Positions 25,561 to 38,644 of a DNA stretch of 64,000 nucleotides are shown here, piece after piece. The notes beneath the pieces are model-generated. The model was not told where the DNA came from. It saw only the letters and a list, made by a program, of their open reading frames with translations, and did no database searches. Made by a program: the position numbers and the translations under genes. The first letter of the stretch is position 1. The number at the start of each line of letters is the position of its first letter. Source of the DNA: Octopus vulgaris (Eukaryota); contig OX597826.1 of the NCBI GenBank assembly GCA_951406725.2, positions 17,050,001 to 17,114,000 of the forward strand, read 5' to 3'.

Positions 25561-26970
25561 CCTAAGCAAATTAATAAAGTTCTTCTGCATTACTTTTTGT
25601 ACATATTGATAAATAATTGAGTGGTTGGAAACATCTTTTTAGCATGAATATCATATTATACTAATACTATAATCGGGGATACATATGACACATTAATGAT
25701 TTTTAAGAAATAAGACTAGAGAGAGCAGAATCAGCAGCAGGCGGAAGAAAACGTTCTTGGTAGTTAAATGAAGTTTTAGTGGGAGTCATCTTTCGCCGCT
25801 TTTGGAAAAAAAAATCTGAAATAAATAGCCATTTTCTTTCAAACAATTACCGTAATTAACGTTTAAATGTGATATAATAAATGAAGATAAACTATTATAG
25901 CTTCATGTTATAATTCTCTAGACTTTGAACCAATCACTAAAAAATTCTGATTGAGTTTAGAATCCCAACTAACAATTCCAGAGATAAAAAATATCTGATC
26001 TGCCCTTAAAAACAACAAAACCTATTAGGTGAATGTCGTAACTTTATTGGGCCTTACCAGCAACCATTTAGTATTTATTATATACTCTCTTGTCGAGCAG
26101 ACCTATTATAATGCTTTGATTATGCTATCGTTTTAGAGTTATTAATACATTATTCAAAAGTCCAATCTTTATTAGGATGTCATAGTGTTGACAAGTGATA
26201 TGTTTACTTAGCAGGCCGAACGACCGCATCCAATCCTTCTCTTTAGCTTGTCCTCTATTAATGTTATGGGAAAATGCTTGTCTTCTCTACGTTCCTAGCA
26301 CCGTGTAACAAGGAACTAGACGTTGTTACACTAAAAATACGATATATATGTATATTTTGTAATGTTTTATTACAGTAGAAAACCCTTAAAACATTTCTAA
26401 TACTTCATACTCTATGGAAAATACAGATATGTTTTGTTATTTCGTACTTAAGAATCATCGGTTTAGGAGTATTTCTAATATCAGAATTGCAGGATAATTT
26501 ACCCTAAATCATGTACGAAATAATTCTTAATTTTTCACTACCCCCTTTGCGATGTTGCGTAATGTAATACTGTATATCGTATGTAGTGATACTTTAAATG
26601 TAGTGATCAATATAATTCCTTTAGACCAACCTAGGATTTAGAAAAAGATGACTAGGCTTGGGGGGGGCAGATTAATGTACAATAATTCAATGTTTCCATC
26701 CTTTCATCGTAAAACCATTGTGATTTTTATCCTCGTGTTGTATATCTAGAGAATTATACTCTCATAGCAGGGTTTCATTTCAGCTATACAGCTAAGGAAA
26801 TGCGCATCAAATATATCACCATCCTGTATAATTTACGAGTGCAGCTTGGCCGATTTAGAGTTACATACCTTGGCTATAATCACAGTGTCAGTACCAGTAG
26901 ATGAATGCGAAAAAAGGAAATAAAAGCTTTCGACTCGATGATCTATTCCAGTTCTATATTTAAGAGATGA

Positions 26971-27203
26971 AAGGCGGTGAGCTGGCAGAAACGTTAGCAC
27001 GCCGGGCGAAATGCGTAGCCGTATTTCGTCTGCCTTTACGTTCTGGGTTCAAATTCCGCCGAGATCGACTTTGCCTTTCATCCTTTCGGGGTCGATAAAT
27101 TAAGTACCAGTTACGCACTGGGGTCAATGTAATCGACTTAATCCGTTTGTCAGTCCTTGTTTGTCCCCTCTGTGTTTAGCCCCTTGTGGGTAGTAAAGAA
27201 ATA
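26971..27203 (+). mobile_element. SINE family B, full length, 16-bp TSD, inserted in a PLE pseudo-LTR end
   Basis: TSD tatatttaagagatga (26955-26970) / tatatttaacagatga (27204-27219). The flanks rejoin to the sequence seen at 20495-20540. Confidence 0.92.
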
Positions 27204-27977
27204 TATATTTAACAGATGAGGGAATATGTACATTATTTACAAACGTAAATAATGTCGATAATCTATTGTTTTACATTTTTTGCTGCTATCATGTCATGAA
27301 ATTACCAGCGTATTTTCTCAATTGCATTCAATTAGTTAAGCTGAGAGTAGCTGAGAGACTTTTTTTTAACTATACGTTGAATGTTAAATTAGTTAGAAAT
27401 AATTCAAGGACAGTATGATACATCTGCTGTAAACCTCGTTTTATTTCGTTTTGTTAGTTTAGGCTTAGATATCGGATATATTCACAGTTAGGAGACGCTG
27501 ATGCATGAGGGTGATGACATATTGAAAACCGATGGCCTAATTATCGTTGCTTGACAGGAAAATGATGCCTTTAGCCAAATAATTAATTAACGATAATATG
27601 ATAGAATGTTACAGCAATGAGTTCCTGAAGAAGGGCAACGTAAATTATGCTATCGAAGAAATAAATGAAGCTGAATGGAAGATGCATGAGATCTGAATAT
27701 GCAGAGGCAAAATGTCAGTTGCATGTGGATAATACATTATGTACTGAATATACTCTGGCGCCATGTAGTTGAAGATTGGGTAGTTTCAAAAACTGAAAAG
27801 ATAAATTTCATAGATATAATTTGTGTATGCACAAGGAAAATTGTCAAGTTTTATTTTAATGTAACTGGAAAGAAACTTATTTGAACAGAGAATATCTGGA
27901 TATTGATTTCTATTTTCAGCTTTGAATAAATACAAAATATTCAACATATCCGATATATACGTACACACACACACACA

Positions 27978-28071
27978 CATACATACATACATACATACAT
28001 ACATACATACATACATACATACATACATACATACGTACATACATACATACATACATACATACATACATACA

Positions 28072-28100
<29 letters not shown>
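27978..28100. repeat. (CATA)n microsatellite
   Basis: Direct reading. Confidence 0.95.
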
Positions 28101-28103
<3 letters not shown>

Positions 28104-28146
28104 CAGGGTTTGGACAATTTAATGGAAACACCTAGCGTCATAGCAT
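28104..28146. mobile_element. Isolated Tc1-type terminal inverted repeat
   Basis: TA|cagggtttggacaatttaatggaaacacc has the shape of a Tc1-family terminus; no partner TIR found. Confidence 0.45.
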
Positions 28147-29216
28147 TATATATATATATATAATATATATACTGAAATAAGCATAAAGTAAACACATACA
28201 GACAAATATATTAATATAACAAAATTTTCAAATGATAATATAATACACTCAATGAAGAGATAAAAGAAACAGTAAGAGGATACATATTGATTTTATTTGG
28301 TACTTCTGTTTAGTTAGAAACCTACAATGAACAGGTCAGACGCTAAACTATAAATTTTACAGGGTAAAACCTTAAAGTTGACACCTCTTCGCTAAACGCA
28401 GAAACTTTTTATCTCGTTTTTGGCTAAAAAATACCCAGTTTTTTTTCGGTTTTTAAACTTCTGCAACATTTTTCTCCAATTTTTTTCTCCACGACATTAT
28501 ACCTTCAAAGCAATGAGACTACATTTTTAAAGCCGATTTTCAGATTTTTTACTTCCTTTTAAAAAATGCATATTTTGCAAACGGAAAAAACTAAATCCAC
28601 TAGACGTTTATAAGTTATTAGGCGTTTACGGAAGGTGACTTTTATAAGAGCTTCTCGCTAAAAAGTGGTTGTCAAACTTATATTTTAGTTTATTATTCAC
28701 TGTTTCAATAAAAAATGCTTAATTAGAAACATAGACACATACAAACACCGACACACACAGACATATACAAATACCCGTATATAAACACATATATTGAGAG
28801 ACGTACACACACGTACACACGCACACAAACATACACATCTATACACAAAGAGATTAAAAGACACATATACATGTATTCATTCACATATATTCATTCATAT
28901 ACACATACACATATACACATGTGCGTTTAAAAAAAGTGGATGGGAATTAAGTAGATCAACAATAGAGAAATTAAAATTTTTGGTACGGTCATTTGGGTAT
29001 GAAATGGTTCTATGAAACCATGTTAATGACAAACGTAGCTGCCAACAAGTCTACTTACCAATATAGTCACAAACACATACATGTATTTAGCTTTAACACA
29101 GATATACATACAAAAATACTCACACGCACATATGCGTGTATATATATATATATATATATATACGTATACATACTTATACACTTACATACGTATACATATA
29201 CATGTATATTATATAT

Positions 29217-29218
29217 AC

Positions 29219-29298
<80 letters not shown>
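29217..29298. repeat. (GATA)n microsatellite
   Basis: Direct reading. Confidence 0.95.
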
Positions 29299-29299
<1 letters not shown>

Positions 29300-29451
29300 T
29301 AATAGATACATTTCCACGCACGCATATGTATATATGTGTAGACATATACACAGACATGACAGAAGTAATTAGACACTCTTACAGTCGCTAAACTTTATTT
29401 AAATCTGAAATGAAACATTCAAATTATTTATTAATCATTTAATGTGAATAT

Positions 29452-30233
29452 CTAATATTTAGCAGACACGTCCTTTACATTTTTCAATGCAAGAACCCTA
29501 TTAGGCATGCTACTGATCAGATGACGAATATTCTCCTGAGGAATATCTTACCAAGTTTCATGCAGTTATCTCAAAATATCCGACTCTGAGGAAGATTCCA
29601 TGTTATTTTCATGAAGTGTTTTGTCCATTATGCCTCAGAGATGTTCAATAAGGATCATATCTGATGACTGGCTTGATCATGGAAGTTTTTTTATTGTCAT
29701 TCTCTTCCAATAAATCTTGGATCTTTTTAGCCGTGTGATAAATAGCCTTCTTTTATTATTTCACCACTGGGGAAATTTAGAAGGAAGCCTTTCTGCAATA
29801 TCGACACATCTTTATCTGAGTTTATGGTTCCTTTACATTCCATCAGCTCTGATCGACTATTACTCCAAATTGCTTCCCAGACCATCACAGAATAGCCAGC
29901 GTGTTTCATTGCTGGTTGCAATATTTTCGCATCATATTCTTCATCATTTAATCTTCAGACACACACTCGACCACTATCAGAAAATACAGCAAATTTGGAC
30001 TCATCAGAGAATATACGCTGTCGCAAAATATTCGTGGCCTCTTAACCATCTCACTGGTGCAATATTTTCCCCGCTTAATATTGGCTGATCGAAGAAGTGA
30101 TAGTAGCCATAGTAGCCAAGTTTGTGGAGATATCTTACAGCTGTTTTGGGACTGAAATCAACTTGTTCTGCCGTGTGAGAAGCCCTGCAACAAGGACTAT
30201 CCTCCACACTTCTCTTAACAAAGTGAAGAGTCC
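29452..30233 (-). pseudogene. Tc1-like transposase pseudogene
   Basis: KTAVRYLHKLGYYG, VFSD, QPAMKHAGYSVMVWEAI, WPSQSPD..IEHLW-like motif, SAKY*; frameshifted. Confidence 0.85.
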
Positions 30234-30234
30234 T

Positions 30235-30295
<61 letters not shown>

Positions 30296-31260
30296 GAGGA
30301 GGAGGAGGAGGAGGAGGAGAAGGAGGAGGAGAAGGAGGTGTAGGAGGAATAGCAGCAGCAGCAGTAGGAGTATCAGTAGTAGTGTTAGTATCAGCAGTGG
30401 TAGTGGAGGTGGTATTAGTGATGTTATTACTGCAACTATTAGTACTAGCGTTTGTGGTTGGAATGTTATTAGTATTATTTTCAGTAATAGTAATATTGCC
30501 ATTGGCGCTAGTATTAATATTATTGCTAGTCCTATTATTAGTAGTAGTATAGGTATTATTAATTGTAGTGGTTATAATATAGTTAGTACTGTTAGTATCA
30601 GTATGCCTATCAGTGCTTGCGTCTGTTTCAACAGGGCGCCCGTTACCTTCCGAGGTGGAGATTATATTATGTATGTTTAAGTTATTTAAAGCGGTAGGGT
30701 CAAGATATGCTATTGCGATCGGTGTTAGGGTTTTCGTTATGGGAGGATTATATGCATTTAGATAGTAAGAACTACGATTACGTTTGGTAAATGAGGTGAT
30801 CATAGATTCTATATTTGGTGTAGAGGAGTAGGATAATTTCAAAGTGGATCTGTTAAAAATAGAATGATAATTGTAGTTACGTAGAAATTAGAGTCTACTA
30901 TTTTAAAGAATGTTTTAGCGAGGTCTTTAAAGTTTAAAGCGAATGGAGCTGTATACCAGAGAATGGACCTCACACAGCTTTTATTAGGCAAATTTGGGAA
31001 GGTGTGATTCCTATTGCATGTTAGAGGAGAGTTGGAATGCTTGATATTAGTATTCTTAGGCGAGACTATCTAACCATAGTGGGAGAGTTTGGATATCCAA
31101 TATGTGTGCGTGCTTGTCTAGGGTTAAGTTTAAAGAGGTGTCCTTTAAGTCTAGGGTTGGATTGGACACAATAACTTACTACTAGATTTCCTCCCCAATC
31201 CCTACACACTAGAAGGATACCACTGGTGCCTACTATTCTCTTTGAAATTCCTTTCATTTT
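30234..31260 (-). mobile_element. Penelope-like element remnant (post-RT linker running into a Thr/Asn/Pro microsatellite tract)
   Basis: RSILWYTAPFALNFKDLAKTFFKIVD and YHSIFNRSTLKLSYSSTPNIESMI match the PLE linker motif IIWFNPPF...KIFNRNT.K.SYSC.PN. Confidence 0.75.
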
Positions 31261-31322
31261 ACTTTATTTTGCTTTTTACATTATCTTCCTTTACCTCCTC
31301 CTCCTCGCTCATTAGTTACCCT

Positions 31323-31387
<65 letters not shown>

Positions 31388-32022
31388 GTGTGTGTGTGTG
31401 TATGTATATATCTTGATTATTTCTGCACACGATATTCTTATACACTATATTCTTGTATATCTTATTTTATTTTATCCTTAGTGCTAATCCTAATTTCCTC
31501 CCTCACTCTCTCTATCCCTCTTTCTATTTTTTTTTTATTTTTACCATTTTAAAGCCACCTCCGTAACATTTTCTTATTGAAAGCTGATACGTTCGCGTCT
31601 ATTTCCGGATATTTACACTATTAGGACTCTAATCTACATGTATTTACCTAAGGACTTACGGACGTATTTCTACAAGATCGGAAAGTTGAACTGTGAACTG
31701 TTATGCTTCTCTTTCCTTCTCTTTCTTCATCTCCATATTCCTGTCCTCTGTGTCATCATTTAATTAATTTTTCCAATAATAACAATAATGTATATGACTT
31801 GAGATGTTTGTCTTGCTTAAAGTTTGTTGTCCTCTTTAACAATTATATGTCCGCTGTATTGGAAATCTGCAATGGCTCCATAACTACTGTCTCGGCTATA
31901 ACCTTGGGGCCCTGGTAATCCGTTACAGCACTTACCTAGCGTACCAATTCGTTCAGATCACCTGCGAACTAAACCCTCATACTTTGTTTGAATATATATA
32001 TGTGAATATATATACGCTCACG

Positions 32023-32109
<87 letters not shown>

Positions 32110-32180
32110 GCATAATTTTGTATATTAAGTATGAGAACTATACATGATTGAATAATCAACACCTCACCACTACATTATAC

Positions 32181-32571
32181 TGGATGGATGGAAGCACTCC
32201 GTCGGTTACGACGATGAGGGTTCCGGTTGATCCGAATCAATGGAACAGCCTGCTCGTGAAATTAACGTGTAAGTGGCTGAGCACTCCACAGACACGTGTA
32301 CCCTTAACGTAGTTCTCGGGGATATTCAGCGTGACACAGAGAGTGACAAGGCCGGCCCTTTGAAATACAGGTACAACAGAAACAGGATGTAAGAGTGAGA
32401 AAAAGTTGTGGTGAAAGAGTACAGCAGGGATCACCACCATCCCCTGCCGGAGCCTCGTGGAGCTTTAGGTGTTTTCGCTCAATAAACACTCACAACGCCC
32501 GGTCTGGGAATCGAAACCTCGATCCTATGACCGCGAGTCCGCTGCCCTAACCACTGGGCCATTGCGCCTCC
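32181..32571 (-). mobile_element. SINE family C, full length
   Basis: Reverse complement of 8323-8706 with a (TCCA)n tail; imperfect TSD ctacattatac / ctacattctac. Confidence 0.92.
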
Positions 32572-32619
32572 ACTCTACATTCTACTACGTACCATAGAAC
32601 TGTGTTGCTGTAGAATTAT

Positions 32620-32830
32620 ACTTTCTATAACAAGCACAAGGCCTGAACATTGGTTGAGTTGGAGAGTCGTTTATATCAACCCCAGGACTCAAATGCTACT
32701 TAATTTATCGACCCCGAAAGAAGGAAAGGCAAAGTCGAACCTGGAGGCATTTGAACTCAGAATATTAAGATAGACGAAACACCGCTAAGCATTTTGCCCG
32801 GCGTGCTAACGATTCTGCCACCTTGCTGCC
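32620..32830 (-). mobile_element. SINE family B
   Basis: caagcacaaggcctgaac...atcgaccccgaaag...gtgctaacgattctgcc. Confidence 0.85.
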
Positions 32831-33044
32831 TCTGTTGCTGTTCCAATGATTCAGATATGATTATAGATTTGTTTGCAACAGATCCAGTCGTATAGTTTAG
32901 ATCAGTGGTATAAATAGCAAAAAATTCTGAATATCTAAATTCTATATCTCTGCATTTGTTTGTTTGTTTGTTTGTTTGTGTGTGCATATGTGGGTGTGTG
33001 CGTTTGTATGTGTGTGAAATAATGTGTCTCTGTGTGTATGCGTG

Positions 33045-33085
<41 letters not shown>

Positions 33086-33345
33086 GCACAGAAACTCACA
33101 CTCACACACGTACACACACACAAACACACATACACACACATACATATATATACTGAAATGCAGATACATGCACACACATATACACGCACACATGGCTATA
33201 CAGACACCAACAAGTGAACATACTCATCGATATTTTGAACACTTTAGCTTCCGTGCTCTCTAAGTATATTAGCAATGTTCTTAACGCTTGTCAGACTAGC
33301 ACCGGAATGAAAAGTAGCTTACTTACATGTAAACTCTATTTTCGA

Positions 33346-33406
33346 GAGTTTACTAACGAGGAGCCTCCACCCTCCTCTTCGGTTTGCTTGAAGTAGCTGC
33401 AGACTC
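33346..33406 (+). ncRNA. Degenerate hammerhead ribozyme motif (probable PLE pseudo-LTR)
   Basis: gagtt..CTAACGA-g-gagc(loop)gctt-GAAG-tagctg-ca-gactc: stems retained, two core substitutions. Confidence 0.45.
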
Positions 33407-34086
33407 AGCTGTAAAAAGTCTCCTCACGTCTTAAATATGATACATACAAGATAAGTATACTATTTCTAAAAATTGTTCTTCTCTTTAATACCGTTTGGTG
33501 TTAATCCACTACAACAATTTATAAGCACGTCTTTCGTAGAGTCGAACTGACTTTATTTTCTCTGAATCACAACGGTAAAATTAATGGAATTCTGACAGAT
33601 TCTAAATTTTCTAACATTTACCAACATACTCTACTCGATGCCAACCATTTAGCAATTACACTAAGTTCGGTACCCAGCCTGTTTTGCCTAAAATCATAAT
33701 AATATTCTTGTTTCATTCCTCAGATAATCGATATATGGTTTTATATTTATAAATGAAACATACTTCCGTAGAATGATGTTTTTAAAAGCATTCTATACTG
33801 GGCTCTGTGCAGTTGCAGATAAACGTATGGTTGTACATGTCAGGTTGTACATATTCTTTTATACATGCATATGTGGTAACAAATATAAATGCAGATTACA
33901 CTTATGATGTAATCAGTAGTTTAATTCGTATTTTTGTACTTGAAATTAGTAGAGTTATTGACTGTGTCTGACATATAAATCACCAAGTAACACTTCCTTT
34001 CTAGCGTATCAGCCGCTCTCCGTGTCTTAAATCAGTGGCTCTCTGATAAAACTCATTATTTCAGTGTGTGTGTGGTGTGTGTGTGT

Positions 34087-34119
<33 letters not shown>

Positions 34120-35409
34120 ATTTACTAACGGGGATCTCTTTGGCCAAATTCTAACGAATCTAAGTTGTCTTAATATTCAGCGTTAACCTCCAGATTTTTT
34201 TCTAACTCCAAGAGCAGATAATTTAAATAAATGAGGAATATATATATAATATATATGATTTATCTGGGTACTTTCATATTCATCCACTGGCCTCTTTGAA
34301 TTATCTCCCATCTATACTTAAATTATTATAATTGCTCCAGGCGACCAGTTTTCTCCTCCTTTCGTATTTGACTACGTATCTCTCACCACAATGTGGATCA
34401 ACTACTGTGCTGATGCGGCGTATTGATAATGGAACATGTCTACTACAATGAATTCTTGACATATGAGGTTACACTTGCTTCTCATTTAGAGTTGGTACCA
34501 GATTCCAAATGCATTAATCGAAGGTAAGATAATTTCAGTAAGTTATGAAATTATCTAGTTTGGCGTCTTTCATTGACCGCTTTTAGTTATTTCTTTTTAC
34601 TCATTACCTCAGTTCCATATATATGTGTGCGTGTGTGTGTATTTATTATGCATGTGTATATATAAGTGTATATCTGACATATATATATATATATATAGAC
34701 ACTTATGTATATACATTTATATGTATGTACGAATATGTTTGTTCTTAATTGTCATTTGGTAACTGCGACGGTCATGCTATTCGGTAATTGAGATCATACT
34801 TTTTATCAATATTTTGATAATTCAAGAACTTATGTTTGATTCCATTTACTTATTTCTGTTTATGTTGTTCATATACCTGACTCTGGCAACTATCAATTAT
34901 TTCTTGTGGCTCAAATGTTTAACCTGTGCAAATTACCCGAGCCATAAATGTGTTTATATATATATATATATATATGTCTATGTCCCTTGGCTACTGGTAT
35001 TAGGTTAGGACAATCAAGTCAGAATTACGTGTTCACGATTGTCTGTTTATCTCCAGAATGTAATCTATCTGTTTCGGTAACGGTATGTCAAGTTTGAAGA
35101 AATTCTTGTTACTTGAAATTATCTACCATTTCATATGGGTTGTTGCCAATATACAATTAGGTAATTATGACATATCGTCAAAGGATGTGAGTAATTTTAA
35201 TAAAGAGCGAATTTTTACTGAATCATATACACCTCTAATTCTCTGTGGTTCATGTAGACGTCAGTGGCAACTCTGAGTTAGGTCTTTTAGCTTGTGTTTG
35301 TTTATTATACCTATATGTGTCTGTGTACGTAAATATATATATACATATATATATATATATACACATATAAAATTTATTGGAAAAAGGACGCAATAATTAT
35401 GCACCAATC

Positions 35410-35610
35410 TAATATATTACGGAGATGTACTTGCATAGCAAATGACTTCATCTGAGATCGCGTGCTGAAACAAAAACAATTGCAGCGTGCAAGGTGTTTA
35501 TAAGCCACTTAAAAGCACACAAAAACCGTTAGATTCACTTCAACTTTTAATCTAATTTGCCAAAATATTTTGTCGCTTTGAGACCGCGACCTGTTCACTG
35601 ACAAAATCTA
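35410..35610 (-). repeat. Probable PLE pseudo-LTR-like repeat with a hammerhead-like fold
   Basis: Minus strand tttgtca-gtgaacag-gtcgc(ggtctcaaa)gcgac-aaaatatt-ttggcaaa: stem I/II/III topology but a non-canonical core. Confidence 0.35.
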
Positions 35611-36231
35611 AAGGTTTTGTGTGTTTTTTGTCACCTGGACATCAATGTTTTGATACTAACCTATTTTCCATTACATTTCAGACAGATTCAGCTCTGAGTT
35701 GCTGAAGCAGAAATATCATTATAGCGAATATTCTGCCCAATACCACAGACTTGTTTGTTATTTGCTTGATCTTAGCCTGTCCCTTAGTGGCTGAAAATAT
35801 GTACATCAAGGAGAGCATCATAGCCATGCATTGAGAGGAATTCTTACGGGTTTGAATAAATGTAACAAAAGCGAAATTTGAAGGAAATATTAACCATTTT
35901 TCATAATTTCTACGGGTAAGCAATAGGGAATAACAGTTGCTACACAAGGTCAGGAATCGTGTCACACATAGTTATCATCGAAATTCCAACAATGCAGTTA
36001 TGGTTTCATTGCAGTCATCCATCACTCTTCTTTTAGAAAGAATATTTACAAATTATGTACAAAAAATAAGACACAGATACACACACAGACACATACAGAC
36101 ACAAATTCTCTCACCACTCATTTTTATGTGATTACTTATTTGCACTTCTTCAAATCCCATCTCATCGCTTTTTAACATATTCTTCTTGTAATGGTGCCTG
36201 ATGATAAACAAATTATGGGAAGAAAATAGTG

Positions 36232-36300
36232 ACACACAGTGGGACTGAACCCGGAACTATGTGGTTGGGAAACAAGCTTCTAATCACACAGCCTGCGCCT
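36232..36300 (-). mobile_element. SINE family A head only
   Basis: cagtgggactgaacccggaactatgtggttggg...cacacagcctgcgcct. Confidence 0.8.
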
Positions 36301-37025
36301 ATGCATACATACAACATACATGTATTAATCGCTAGGTTATTTAACCCTGTTTTTTTTTATCCTTTCTCTATATCGTATCATTCTTTTTAGCTTAAAATTG
36401 TACTTACACATTTCAAATTTACTCTTTCGTTCAGCTTGTAGGCATATTCTTCATTTAATAAATGCACTTTCGATAAGTATTATTTGTTTCCTTTAATATC
36501 TTTATTACATACACTTTTTCAGAACATGCTACACTATTTCTAATTTATCACATACGAGTTAATAATATACTCACCTTGATAGCCTCCACTTTTTTTTTCT
36601 AGATTTACATGATACATTTTAGAGTACTTCTTGAATAACATTAATAAATTGTATGGCTTCAGCAGCTTTACATCAATGATTTATATATCTCCGAGGAATT
36701 ACGCTCGATATTCTGATTCAAATAATTTCATGCACGGAAAAATGTTTTAAACATTAAAATATTGCATATCTATACAAAATACCGTTGCTATAGCTTCTTA
36801 GCTCTTGTCTGAAAAATTAGTTGTTTTCTATATTAATTTAAATTGATTTAGCTAAAATTTAAAGTCTCAGATCATCCATCTTGTGTTTTTCTCGCACAAC
36901 TTGTTATTCATTCAGACGCCGCATATTCTGAGCTCCTCCTTTGTATTCGATATCAATTTCGATTATCGTCATTTTCTAAAATCTTTCTTACTCTTATCAT
37001 TCTAATTGTTATTCTTGTTCTTGCT

Positions 37026-37039
37026 AGTAGTAGTAGTAT

Positions 37040-37114
<75 letters not shown>
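37026..37114. repeat. (TAG)n microsatellite
   Basis: Direct reading. Confidence 0.95.
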
Positions 37115-37115
<1 letters not shown>

Positions 37116-37743
37116 CTCATTAGGCTTTTCATCTAATCTATCATTTACTACTTAGCGTTGTTGAAATTTCTTTCTGAGAGAAATAATACTCTGAATTATA
37201 AACTATGTGTGTGTTTGTTTGTATGTGTGTGTGTGTGTGTGCGTATGTGCGCGTGTGCGCGCAAGCGCGCGTGTTTAATGTGTGCATATCATAATTTCGC
37301 TCAAAGTGAACATTATATATTTGACTTCAGTTGAGCATTCAGTGAGTAACCTCAATGAATATAAAAGAATGGAGTTGCGTAGTCAATACCATTTTTTTAC
37401 AGGTGTAAATGCTATAAGAAAAATTGCCCATTGACTTAAGTGGCCATAGTATTTCAATAAAGGGTATGTTTATTGCGAAGACATAGGCGCACTCAGCTCT
37501 AAATGCAATACCTCTTTTATCAGAAACAGCTCTCACTCTCTCTCCCTCTCTCTCCCTCTCTCTCTTCCTCTCCTTTTCTATCTCTCCCTCTCTCTTTATA
37601 TATATATATACATACATACGTACATACATACATATACTAGTATATATTAGTATATAGGTATATAGGTAAACCGACAAATGGATAGATAATTTAATAAAAT
37701 ATATATAAATGTTTATGTATGTATGGATATAAATATATATTAC

Positions 37744-37821
<78 letters not shown>

Positions 37822-37988
37822 GGTGAGAGAGAAAGAGAGAGAGGTGAGTGAATTATATATAAATTTCTTTCTATCTATAATGAGAGTCGCATACATAAAG
37901 ATAAATGTATGTATGTACGTATATATTATATATATATTATATATATATATACAGAAACAAACACGCATACATACATTTATATATATAC

Positions 37989-38039
<51 letters not shown>

Positions 38040-38480
38040 ATATATATATATGTAGGAGGGTGAGTGTGTCTGTATGTGTGTATGCATTAATGTATGTATA
38101 CATGCATGCATGCATGCATATATGTAGGCATGTATGCATGTATGCATATATGTTTATATGAATGGATATGTGTCTATCTAAGTATATATGTGAGTTTGTA
38201 TATATACATATCCGTGTGTGTGTGTGGAGGAGTCTATCAATAATAACAGTGCAGCAAAACGGTGGTTGCCCCAGCATGGCCGCAGCTTTGACCTGAAACC
38301 GATAAAACATAAAAGCTAAAAGATATATATATATATTATTGCGGAAGACATAGGCGCACTCTTTCATCTGGAACAGCTCCCCCCCTCTCGCTCTCTCTCT
38401 CTCTCTACTTGTCTCTAGATACACACACAGACACACACACACACATATATATATATATATTACCATACAGATCGACATAC

Positions 38481-38535
<55 letters not shown>

Positions 38536-38644
38536 TATGCATCTATGTGTACATGCATGTATGTATTTATATATGTATGAGTGTATGCATATACGTATGC
38601 GCACATATATGTATGCACACATGTATGTGTCTATGTATGTATAC

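Noticed and set aside
30097-30842. Mucin-like or membrane protein ORFs on both strands
   Set aside because: Triplet microsatellite translation inside a PLE remnant.
37339-38622. 427-aa ORF, the longest in the window
   Set aside because: Built from (TA)n, (CA)n and (GA)n tracts giving YI/HT/RE runs; microsatellites lack stops by construction.
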